DNA of 64,000 nt from an uncultured bacterium (GTDB taxonomy: Bacteria; Babelota; Babeliae; Babelales; Vermiphilaceae), in the NCBI GenBank assembly GCA_963701085.1, contig OY969561.1, positions 448,001-512,000 on the forward strand. The letters are read 5' to 3'. The notes beneath the pieces were generated by a model. It was given only the letters and a program-made list of their open reading frames with translations, was not told the origin of the DNA and searched no databases. The position numbers were made by a program, and so were the translations under genes. Positions 49,284-59,198 of the stretch are shown piece by piece (the stretch's first letter is position 1; every line of letters begins with the position of its first letter).

Positions 49284-51716
49284 TTAACGAATTACTTTTC
49301 TTGTCTTTCCCCCATCCTGCGGCATAATGAGTCCTTGAGACTCAAGCATATCAATAATACGCGCTGATCTATTATAACCAATGCGAAACTTTCTTTGCAG
49401 TAGGGAAATAGAGATTTCATCAATCTCATTTAAAAAATTACGAATATCATCATATAAAACATCATCTAGTGTTGCTCCATCTTGCCCTTGCAATGATGTC
49501 ATCTGATGCATATCAAGATATTCAACTTTTCTTTGCTGCCTAATATGATCCGCAACCTGCTCAATTTCTTGATCAGAAACATATGCTCCATGTACTCGTC
49601 TTAATTGTGATGTTGCCGCATCAAGAAACAGCATATCGCCCCTACCTAATAAACGATCAGCTCCCATTGTATCTAAAATAGTACGGGAATCAATACGTGA
49701 TGCAACTCTGAATGATATTCTACTCGGAAAGTTTGCTTTAATTAAACCGGTAATCACATCAACCGAAGGCCGCTGTGTTGCAACAATCATATGAATTCCC
49801 GCTGCACGTGCCATTTGCGTAATACGAGTAATAAGATCTTCAATATCACGCCCGGCGGTAATCATCAAATCCGCCAACTCATCAATCACCACCACAATAA
49901 ATGGCAACATACTTGTTTTCTTAGTTCATCATCCGCGCTCATTCTGAATCTGTTGCAAAATCGCGTATTATAATCCCCAATATTACGCGCGCCACATTTT
50001 GCCATTTTTTCATAACGTTCTTCCATTTCTTGCACCACCCAACGCAACACGGGAGCTGCATGTGCGGGACTCGTGACAATAGGAAACAACAAATGTGCAA
50101 TATCGGTAAATGCGGCAAACTCTAATCGTTTAGGATCTATCAAAATAAGTTTAAGTTCATCGGGGCTTAATTTACATAACAAACTTATCAAAATGGCATT
50201 AATGCTACCGATTTTCCTGATCCTGTTGAACCTGCAATCAAAAGATGTGGCATACGTGCTAAATCAACAACCACAGCCTCTCCAATGGTGCCCTTACCAA
50301 GAACAAGCGGCAAACTACCAGAAAACTGTTGCGTATACTGGAGATGTTGCCACTTGTGAAAACAGTACATCATTACGCGTTGTATTTGCAACTTCAAACC
50401 CAACAACTGATCTTCCAGGAATTGGCGCAATAATACGAATACTCATCGCTTGCAACGCCATAGCAAGATCATCTTCCAGCGCAATAATTTTACTCAATTT
50501 TGTATCAATATCCGGTTGATATTCAAACAACGTCACAACAGGCCCACGCTTAATGGCAACCACTTCACCATGTAACCCCAAACCGTTTTAATTTATCTTG
50601 CAAAACTTGTGCACGCTCTTGTAACTCTTTTTCAACATTACGATCTTCTTTAATGTCTTTCTCAGCAATAAAAATATCCATGTGCGGCAATGCGTATCGT
50701 GAAGTTTTTTTAGATATGGTTGGCAATTGCTTTTCATGCTTTGCTTTTTGCACACGCACGGAAGCTGTATATTCACTCATATCATTATTCACTTTCTTAT
50801 CCACTGCATGCCTCAATGATATTAATGGAGGCACAAGATTTAGCTTCAATCTACTGACTTTGTTCTTTCGCGCTCGTCCTGAACTTGTTGAAGGATATCC
50901 TCGAGCGCCAGAATATAAAACCACGTAATTTATTGATACTTCATCAAACTGAATCTCATCCGACCGGTCAGCGTCCCATTGCTGCCCAAAGTCATAATCA
51001 TCGTCAGGATGTAACAAACCTGTCTCATCAAATGCCTCACCATCAAGTAACGATTGAACAAAATGTACAAAAAACCTTGGCATCTTCAAAAAAACAGCAT
51101 ACATACATACGCCAACAGCATGCACCGTTTTGCTGACAACATGATATTTGCACATCAATGCATACGCGGCCAAAACCGCCCACATGGCATACTGAAACAA
51201 AAACATAAATGACCAACGGAATAATAAAATAAAACTCGCGCAGAGGCTACTATATAAAAATAACATGCGTCCAATGGGGTCAAAATAATAAACAAGTGCG
51301 TTTGCAAAGCGTAAGCCTACCATCCCACCCGGATAAGGACTTACGGCAACATCCATAGAATAAGCAGCCAGCAATGCAGCACCAACAAATACTAAATATA
51401 CAGAAGCAAACAAGCGTTCCCATTCATTTTTCATTGATTTTTGGGTAAAAAAAATGAATCCCCCACATAATAATGGAATCAATAGTAAAAAAGATGCCCC
51501 TCCAAAAAGGTAAAAAAGTATTGCTGCGAATTGCGCACCAAGAAAACCACCTGTGTTGGTGATAGCTTCCGGATCACTTGAAATATATAACCATGAACTA
51601 TCAGTCACGTTATATGAAACAAGAGACACTACCAAAAAAATAATGGTTGCCGTATAAAAAATAGCACCACCATACCAAAACGTCCTATTTTTTTCATGAA
51701 AAAACCTGTTCATCAA
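49284..51716 (-). pseudogene. ftsK: DNA translocase FtsK, split over five ORFs
   Basis: 4TM N-terminus; [60 protein letters not shown]. Probably consensus errors. Confidence 0.9.
50869..50908. repeat. Type B palindromic unit inside the ftsK linker
   Basis: cgcgctcgtcctgaacttgttgaaggatatcctcgagcgc approximates the reverse complement of 13347-13387; read as GARGYPSTSSGRAR. Confidence 0.85.
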
Positions 51717-52097
51717 AAATCTCCCATAAATTTTTTAGAAATTTTCCATTTTTTCCACCATCTTGAAAGCTCCACCCCATGATGAAATATAAAATAATTT
51801 TACAAAACAACCTAGCAACAAAGGGATATTAGTGCGTTCAATAAACGTAAAACTCCTTCCACAGCATAATTACTTATAATTTTTCTTTACAATTTGGATC
51901 TGACAATACTATATTGTACAGTGATACGAAAATATGTTTGAATAAAAAAATAAATAACATAATTCAATGAAAGGAGATATCGCGCATAAAAAAAGTAGTG
52001 TACGTTAAAAAATTTCACTTGCCTTAATAAAAAAAGGGCGTGAAATTAATGGATCAGAAATATCTAAGATTGAGTAATGAGTAAAAGGAGTTTAATT

Positions 52098-54098
52098 ATG
52101 AAACAATATTCAAAAAAATTGTTTTCATTAGTTGTGCTTTGTAGCACAGCAACAATCGCACTCGCTGACTGCTGCGATAACGACGACAATGGTAACCACG
52201 TTGTACCATTTATCCAATGGCGTTCACAAGGTAGAAACATGGCTCGTAAGTTAGAAGGAACAACGAGCTTTGCTGTTTACCAAGGCGACATGGATAACAA
52301 CTATGGTACATTCAATATGACCGTAGAATACGACCAATCTTTCAGAGGCAAAAACATTGCTGAATGTCTTTTTGGTAACAGCTTAGTAACTGCACCAGCA
52401 GCACCAACAAATAACAGCTGCAACAATGACTGCGACAATAGTTGCAACAGCACTCTCATAATTTCTGGTAAAAATACTGCAACAAGAGCAGCAACAGATT
52501 GGTTGGCAGAAAACTTCCTGCTTCCACGTGATTTCAAAAGTGCCATTTCCTTCAGTCCAAAAGTTCAAAGCGTAATAGTTGATTTTAACTTATTCGTTGG
52601 ACTTGATAGATGGGTAAATGGTCTTTATTTCAGATTATACGGACCAGTTGTTTGGAACAAATCAAGCTTACGTGCTAATGAAACTATAATCAACCAAGGA
52701 ACTGTTGCCGGTGGATCATATTCACAAGGTTACTTTGATGCTGATGCTCCTGTAGCAAGCACATCACTTTTCCAAAGCGCACTCAATTTCTTTGGTGGAT
52801 GCCAACTTCCAAAATATACTGACCAAAATGTTGTAGTCCAACCATTGAATTTTGCAAAATTCTCTGATTGCAATTTCAATGCAAACAACAACAATAACAG
52901 CTGTGATAATGATTGCAACGGAACATCACATCACAAAACAGGATTTGCTGAATTACGTGGTGAATTTGGATGGAACTACATTCAAGAAAAATACCGCTTA
53001 ATGTTGAACATCCAAGCAGCAGCTCCAACAGGAACTCGTCCAAATGCTGAATTCCTATTGCCAGCATACGTTGGTAACGGTAAGCATTGGGAACTTGGTG
53101 GTGGATTTGGTGGAAGTTGGAAAATGTGGGGCAGTGAAGATGGTGAAAAATCATTCAACTTTATCGTTGAAGCTGATATAACTCACTTATTCAAAGCAAA
53201 ACAAAAAATGACCTTTGATCTCAAAGGCAAACCAAACAGCCGTTACATGCTTGCAGAACAACTAGTAACTCCTGCAGCTGACGACCAACTTGTTCCTAAT
53301 ACTCCAACGTTTGATGTAAACGGCAAAGGGCTTTACATGCCAGTTGCAAACTTCAGTACACGTGATGTAAAAGTTGGCTTTGGTGTACAAGGTGATGTTG
53401 TTGCAATGTTCAACTACACACACCGCAACTTCTCATGGGATATTGGATATAACTTCTGGGGCATGTCATGTTCAGAAGTCAGCCTTTCTTGCGATGACAA
53501 CTGCAACGACTCAGATGATTGCAACCCTATAATAATTCCATTCCCTGCAAACATGGCGCTTAAAGGCGATGCGAGCATAGCTGGTTACAATGAAAATGCT
53601 CTTCTACCACCTACCGAATTTACCTTTGGTCTTGGTGCAACAGAAAGCAAAGCAACAATCTTTACTGGTACTAATGTTGGATTCGCAGCACCAGCAGGAC
53701 TTTCTAACCCTGGCATAGACAATCCAATTCCTGCAGTAGCTGCAGTTGGATCAGCAAACCCTGGTCCTTTATTTGTATTTGGTAATATTGGCACTGAAGT
53801 AATCAACACATCTAACCCGCCAGTGTTCATATCTATCGATGATCTTGATGTAGAAGGTGCTGAACAACGTGGACTTTCCAACAAAGTGTTCACTCACTTC
53901 AACTACACTTGGACAGATCGCGATAAATGGGTTCCTTATGTAGGTGTTGGTTTTAGTGCTGAATTTGGTAAGCATAGCGGTAATGATGATTGCTCAACAA
54001 CACCAGTTACAACATCATCAAATGATTGCTCTAGCTGTCACAGCTGTGCATTATCTCAATGGGGTGTTGAAGTTAAAGGTGGCGTATCATTCCACTAA
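52098..54098 (+). CDS. Cys/Asp/Asn-rich putative outer-membrane beta-barrel protein, paralog 2
   Basis: Signal peptide; WRSQGR, AENFLLPRDF, GNGKHWELG, LKGDA; ends QWGVEVKGGVSFH. Strong RBS AAGGAG. Confidence 0.7.
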   Translation: MKQYSKKLFSLVVLCSTATIALADCCDNDDNGNHVVPFIQWRSQGRNMARKLEGTTSFAVYQGDMDNNYGTFNMTVEYDQSFRGKNIAECLFGNSLVTAPAAPTNNSCNNDCDNSCNSTLIISGKNTATRAATDWLAENFLLPRDFKSAISFSPKVQSVIVDFNLFVGLDRWVNGLYFRLYGPVVWNKSSLRANETIINQGTVAGGSYSQGYFDADAPVASTSLFQSALNFFGGCQLPKYTDQNVVVQPLNFAKFSDCNFNANNNNNSCDNDCNGTSHHKTGFAELRGEFGWNYIQEKYRLMLNIQAAAPTGTRPNAEFLLPAYVGNGKHWELGGGFGGSWKMWGSEDGEKSFNFIVEADITHLFKAKQKMTFDLKGKPNSRYMLAEQLVTPAADDQLVPNTPTFDVNGKGLYMPVANFSTRDVKVGFGVQGDVVAMFNYTHRNFSWDIGYNFWGMSCSEVSLSCDDNCNDSDDCNPIIIPFPANMALKGDASIAGYNENALLPPTEFTFGLGATESKATIFTGTNVGFAAPAGLSNPGIDNPIPAVAAVGSANPGPLFVFGNIGTEVINTSNPPVFISIDDLDVEGAEQRGLSNKVFTHFNYTWTDRDKWVPYVGVGFSAEFGKHSGNDDCSTTPVTTSSNDCSSCHSCALSQWGVEVKGGVSFH

Positions 54099-54168
54099 TA
54101 ACGGATGCTCATTATTGTTGTAGCGTTAGGTAAATTACCTTAACAAAGCAAACAAAAAACGAATACTC

Positions 54169-54198
54169 AAAAAGGCTTAGCTCATGCTAGGCCTTTTT
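54169..54198 (+). terminator. Intrinsic terminator
   Basis: aaaaaggcttagc-tcat-gctaggccttttt. Confidence 0.75.
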
Positions 54199-54206
54199 GC
54201 TTTTGA

Positions 54207-54382
54207 CCCTCCTCCTACGCCAAGGCTTCGGCGGACAGGCAATTTTCATTACGCTTCAGTCGGGGACCCCATTATCCTTCGATACATTTTTGAAGACAAA
54301 AACACTCAGGATGAGCGGAAGAAAAAATAATTTGTACCTTACGCCGCTCGCCCTGAGTGCCCCGTAGGGGCGTATCAAAGGG
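54207..54382. repeat. Cluster of palindromic repeats: type A unit plus an inverted type B pair
   Basis: ccctcctcctacgccaaggcttcggcggacaggc; tccttcgatac...actcaggatgagcgg ... ccgctcgccctgagt...gtatcaaaggg. Confidence 0.85.
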
Positions 54383-54459
54383 TTTACAAAGATGATGCAA
54401 TCGTACTATATTAGGCCATAAGAAATATATGTATCACACACTTAAGGAGTAGAGAGAGT

Positions 54460-56283
54460 ATGAAGAAACAATCACACAAGTTATTATTATTAACCGCAAT
54501 TGCGTATACTGCTGGAATCCATGCATGTGCCGCTCCAACAGAATTCCGCGTAGCACCATTTGTGCAATGGCGTTCACAAGGCAGAGACACCGCACGTAAA
54601 TTAGTAGGCACCACCAGCCACCATGTCTACTTACATGATATGGAATCATTTTATGGCACCTTCAACATAACCCCACAATACGATCAAACGTTCAGAGGAA
54701 AAGAACTTGCTGAATGTTATTTTGGATCAAGTTTAATTAATGATGAAACACTCACTATCACCGGTACTGCAGCTACCCCAACTAACATAACCAGAGATTG
54801 GATGGCAGAAAATTTCTACCTTCCACGTGATTTTAAAAGCACCATCACCTTTGCACCAAAAGTCCAAGACTTTTTAGTTGATTTTAATCTCTATGTCGGC
54901 CTTGATGAATGGGTTAAAGGTATGTACTTCAGACTTTATGGCCCAGTCGTCAACAACAGAGTAAGCCTCCACCCATGTGAGAATATAGAACAAGAAGGAA
55001 CCATTGGATATGCCGCAGGATTTTTTAGTCAAAATACCGTTCCGGCAAACACATTACTCCCATCAGCACTTGCATTTTTCAGTGGAAACACAACCATTGT
55101 TGTTCCAACAATTATCGCTGATCCTTTATTAAAATCAAAAATAGCTGATCACAAAAAAAGTACTACAGGCTTTGCTGAATTGCGCGGTGAATTTGGATGG
55201 AACTATCTCGATGAAGATTACCACGTTGGATTTAACGTACAAGCAGCTGCACCTACCGGCACGCGCCCACACGGCGAATTTCTTTTTGAATCACAAGTTG
55301 GTAACGGTAAACATTGGGAGCTTGGCGTGGGCTTAAGCGCGCACTGGACAATGTGGCGCAGTGAAGATGATGAACGTCATCTTGATTTTGTTTTTGAAGC
55401 GGACGTCACTCACTTATTTAACGCATCACAACAACGCACTTTTGATCTTATTGGTAGACCAGACAGCCGCTACATGCTCGCTTCTAAAATGAATCTTAAA
55501 CCTACCACTAATCTTTTTGGTAATACAGAACCAGATCTTGGTATTACTGGCACCATAACACAAGCATCATCACAATTTAACGCTGAATATTCTCCGGTGG
55601 CAAACTTCAGCACCCGTGATGTTGACGTCAGCATTGGTGTACAGGGTGATATTGTTGCCATGCTCAATTACACTCATCATGGTTTTTCATGGGATCTTGG
55701 CTACAACTACTGGGGTATGTCACATGAACATATTGAACTGCGTGATTCAGACTGCGCACCAGTATTCCCTGCAAATACCTGGGCACTCAAAGGTGATGCG
55801 CAAACATATGGTTTTATAGCAAATGCCGCAACTGCCGTTCCATTATCTGGCACAGAAAGCCTTGCAACTATTCATCAAGGAACCAATGTTCTCAAGGCAC
55901 CTACTGCTGCCAACACAAATCCTGGCGTTGATAACAATCAATTTGCACAAGATATGGCCAACGGAGGCGATATACTGACTGTTTCTCCAAATACCGCTAC
56001 TCCTCAGATTCAAACTTCTATTCAACCAATATTCATTACAGCAGATGATCTTAATATAAGCGGCGCGGAAACTCGTGGATCATCAAACAAACTGTTTACC
56101 CACTTCAGTTATACATGGGTAGACCGTGAAGATTGGATTCCATATCTTGGCATTGGTGGCGAGGCTGAATTTGGCAATACCAGTCAAGATGATAATAATG
56201 ATAGCGGTTCTTGCGATAATGGTATCAGCTGCGCATTATCTAAATGGGCCATTCTTGTTAAAGGCGGCGTATCATTTGATTAA
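54460..56283 (+). CDS. Putative outer-membrane beta-barrel protein, paralog 3
   Basis: Same motifs; ends KWAILVKGGVSFD. Confidence 0.7.
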   Translation: MKKQSHKLLLLTAIAYTAGIHACAAPTEFRVAPFVQWRSQGRDTARKLVGTTSHHVYLHDMESFYGTFNITPQYDQTFRGKELAECYFGSSLINDETLTITGTAATPTNITRDWMAENFYLPRDFKSTITFAPKVQDFLVDFNLYVGLDEWVKGMYFRLYGPVVNNRVSLHPCENIEQEGTIGYAAGFFSQNTVPANTLLPSALAFFSGNTTIVVPTIIADPLLKSKIADHKKSTTGFAELRGEFGWNYLDEDYHVGFNVQAAAPTGTRPHGEFLFESQVGNGKHWELGVGLSAHWTMWRSEDDERHLDFVFEADVTHLFNASQQRTFDLIGRPDSRYMLASKMNLKPTTNLFGNTEPDLGITGTITQASSQFNAEYSPVANFSTRDVDVSIGVQGDIVAMLNYTHHGFSWDLGYNYWGMSHEHIELRDSDCAPVFPANTWALKGDAQTYGFIANAATAVPLSGTESLATIHQGTNVLKAPTAANTNPGVDNNQFAQDMANGGDILTVSPNTATPQIQTSIQPIFITADDLNISGAETRGSSNKLFTHFSYTWVDREDWIPYLGIGGEAEFGNTSQDDNNDSGSCDNGISCALSKWAILVKGGVSFD

Positions 56284-56307
56284 TACTTGCACAACATGCA
56301 ATGAGAT

Positions 56308-56336
56308 AAGGCTGAGCTTATGGCTCAGCCTTTTTA
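56308..56336. terminator. Terminator between convergent genes
   Basis: aaggctgagc-ttatg-gctcagccttttt. Confidence 0.8.
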
Positions 56337-56343
56337 ACGATTA

Positions 56344-57231
56344 TTATTTTGTACATTCATAGACAACAGTATCATCATACATAGATGGCGTACCCGTACG
56401 ATCATAAGCTTTTATTTTTTTTATCTGCTTAAAACCAACCTCTCCAAGCAAAGCATCCATCTCTCCCGGTTGATAAAGTTTAATAGGATAATACTCCATT
56501 TCCGTTTTAAGTATTTCGGTTCTACTCATAAGCTCATAGCGTAATATTAATGGTGCTACTGAATTTTCTATGGGAAGAGGAAGTACGCTCTCAATAATAA
56601 TATTTCCATCAGGTCTTTTATACGCTTTTCCACTCCATAAACCAATATGTTCTGCTCGTGAATGATTTGTCTGAAGATCAAGAACAAAAATACCTCCCTT
56701 CTGCAATAATGCATATATTCTTTGTAAACACTTTTTGATATGCACTCGATCCTGAAAAATGCAAAATGAGGTATCAGGAATAAAAATAAGATTATACTTT
56801 TTTGCCTGTCCGACGAAGCCTTGCCTGCGCTTTGAAGCCTTGGCGAAAGAGGGGCGAAGTAGGGGAGCAGGGGCTACTTCCAAAAACTGCTCCCACACAT
56901 GAGGAGAAAGTTTTTTTTGCGCGCATTTGCTACGTAGCGCATGCAACATATGCGATGAAGCATCAAATCCTTCTACGTTAAATCCTTCTTCCAACAATGG
57001 AATCAAATAACGTCCCGTTCCACACATTGGTTCTAAAATTGGCCCCGATGATTGCGCAACATATTCCCGAAAAAAAGCATATTCTTTGACTGGCGGCTTT
57101 GGTTTATCAAGGTCCCAAAATTCAGTACACAATCCTTTATACTGTGGCAAACTTAACTCATTCTTAGCATAGCAATGCATAACTAAAAAAAAGACCATCA
57201 ATAAACTTATACGGTGCTTTTTCATAACCAT
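56344..57231 (-). CDS. Class I SAM-dependent methyltransferase with signal peptide and in-frame repeat insertion
   Basis: ILEPMCGTGR, VEGFDAS, YNLIFIP, LQKGGIFVLD. Confidence 0.88.
   Translation of the reverse strand: MVMKKHRISLLMVFFLVMHCYAKNELSLPQYKGLCTEFWDLDKPKPPVKEYAFFREYVAQSSGPILEPMCGTGRYLIPLLEEGFNVEGFDASSHMLHALRSKCAQKKLSPHVWEQFLEVAPAPLLRPSFAKASKRRQGFVGQAKKYNLIFIPDTSFCIFQDRVHIKKCLQRIYALLQKGGIFVLDLQTNHSRAEHIGLWSGKAYKRPDGNIIIESVLPLPIENSVAPLILRYELMSRTEILKTEMEYYPIKLYQPGEMDALLGEVGFKQIKKIKAYDRTGTPSMYDDTVVYECTK
56804..56865. repeat. Type A unit nested inside another type A unit, in coding sequence
   Basis: Removing 56824-56853 (30 nt) leaves gcctgtccgacgaagccttggcgaagtagggg, a clean unit. Confidence 0.88.
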
Positions 57232-57410
57232 CTCCCATTATTAAATTTTAAATAATAGCAATATGTCATCATATTCAATTATGCAATAATCTAAAGGGGT
57301 GAGTCAAGACAAACAACTTTTTTCATCTTTTTTATCGACCATTGCCTTTTTTTAGCCAACCTGCTAATGCTAATACTGTACCAATGAGCGCTTTAAAAAA
57401 AGGAAAACAC

Positions 57411-59192
57411 ATGAAAACAAAGTATCTCTCCCCCCTCGCGCTTACGATTATTTCCATTTCATCAATAAATGCAGAACAACACGTAGCAACATCTTTTAAC
57501 ACACGCTCAATATCCCGTAACGCTGCACGCGATCTTGCCGGTTGGACAAATTATATTAATAAAGACAGTTCTCGCGACACGGTCTATGGTGCCATCAGCG
57601 TAACACCAGAATACAACCATACTTTTAACAGCAGCGCCATTACGCGAACACTTTTTGGTGATAATTTAAGTGGTAATAAAAAGTGCCAGCATCTCACAAT
57701 TTCTGGTTCTCAAGTAAATAATCGTGGACCACAAGATTTACTTGCAGATTACTTCTACTTACCAACTGATTTTGAAAGTACCGTACAATTTAAACCAGTT
57801 ATTGATAACGTGATTATTGATTTTGGTTTTTACCTTGGTCTTGATGCATGGACAAAAGGACTTTATTTTTGGCTTCATGCACCATTTGCACATACACGCT
57901 GGGATCTTAATATTGATGAAACCGTTAGTAACCCTGGCATAAATAACGCAGAACAAGGTTATTACACACCAGATACATTACCACGCAATCTCCTTCTTGA
58001 TAGATTTACCGAATTTGCAAATGGTCTTTCTGTACCAAACACAGAAAATATAGGGTTTGAAGAACTCAACTTTGGTAAAATGAGCAATAAACGGCTTATT
58101 AAATCACGCCTTGCTGAAATCCGTACCGGTATTGGATGGAATTTTTTTGCGGAGCAGAACTATCACTGCGGATTTAATGGTCAACTTGCTGCACCAACCG
58201 GGCTACGACCAGATGCAGAATTTTTATTTGAACCACTTGTGGGTAACGGACATTTCTGGGAACTTGGTTTTGGCCTCAACGGACACTACAACTTTTGGCA
58301 TAACCAAGATGAAACTGCTCACTGCTCATTCTATGGAGACATCAATATTACACATCTTTTTAAAACGCGCCAAGCACGCTCATTTGATCTTACAACCGGT
58401 GGCACACTGAGTAGATACATGCTTGCAATGGAAATGATATCACCAGCAGTTAATCTCCAGGGACCCACCGGTGATATTCCGTCAGCACAATTTGATAATA
58501 ATTTTATACCACTCGCCAACATTACCACACTTGATGTTGAAGTAAGTATTGCGGTACAAGCAGATATTGTTTTAATGTTCAACGTAACAAGAAATAACTT
58601 CAGCTTTGATCTTGGCTATAATTACTGGGGACGCTCTGCCGATCACATCACATTACGAAGCAATGAATCATTTGCGGAAAAAACATTTGCACTAAAAGGT
58701 GATGCGCATGTCTTTGGATTTACCCCAAACTCAACTGGGTTTACCGCACTTTCTGCAACAGAAGACAAAGCAACCATCCATGCAGGTACAAATTTTACCT
58801 CACCAACTCCTGCAACGAACCCTAATATTGATTTTCCACAACAAGCAATTAATAAACCGGAAATAGGTCCCGGTATTAATTTACTGTATGCACAAAATCT
58901 GCCTAACGTTCCTGCCAATTTTATTAACACATCAATACCTCCAATATTTATTACCCGCAATGATCTTAATCTTGAAGGTGCACAAACAGCGGGATCATCC
59001 AACAAACTATTTAGCCATATTTCTTACACCTGGAATGATAAAACAGAATGGCAACCATATCTTGGTGTTGGTGGTGAAGTTGAATGGGGCAGCAAAACTA
59101 AAAGCAGTTGCAAGCCCTGTAACGACCATGTTCCACAATGCAGCACATCGCAATGGGGTGTATGGGTTAAAACTGGCGCAACTTTTAATTAA
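57411..59192 (+). CDS. Putative outer-membrane beta-barrel protein, paralog 4
   Basis: ADYFYLPTDF, GNGHFWELG, LKGDA; ends QWGVWVKTGATFN. Confidence 0.7.
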   Translation: MKTKYLSPLALTIISISSINAEQHVATSFNTRSISRNAARDLAGWTNYINKDSSRDTVYGAISVTPEYNHTFNSSAITRTLFGDNLSGNKKCQHLTISGSQVNNRGPQDLLADYFYLPTDFESTVQFKPVIDNVIIDFGFYLGLDAWTKGLYFWLHAPFAHTRWDLNIDETVSNPGINNAEQGYYTPDTLPRNLLLDRFTEFANGLSVPNTENIGFEELNFGKMSNKRLIKSRLAEIRTGIGWNFFAEQNYHCGFNGQLAAPTGLRPDAEFLFEPLVGNGHFWELGFGLNGHYNFWHNQDETAHCSFYGDINITHLFKTRQARSFDLTTGGTLSRYMLAMEMISPAVNLQGPTGDIPSAQFDNNFIPLANITTLDVEVSIAVQADIVLMFNVTRNNFSFDLGYNYWGRSADHITLRSNESFAEKTFALKGDAHVFGFTPNSTGFTALSATEDKATIHAGTNFTSPTPATNPNIDFPQQAINKPEIGPGINLLYAQNLPNVPANFINTSIPPIFITRNDLNLEGAQTAGSSNKLFSHISYTWNDKTEWQPYLGVGGEVEWGSKTKSSCKPCNDHVPQCSTSQWGVWVKTGATFN

Positions 59193-59198
59193 TATGTT

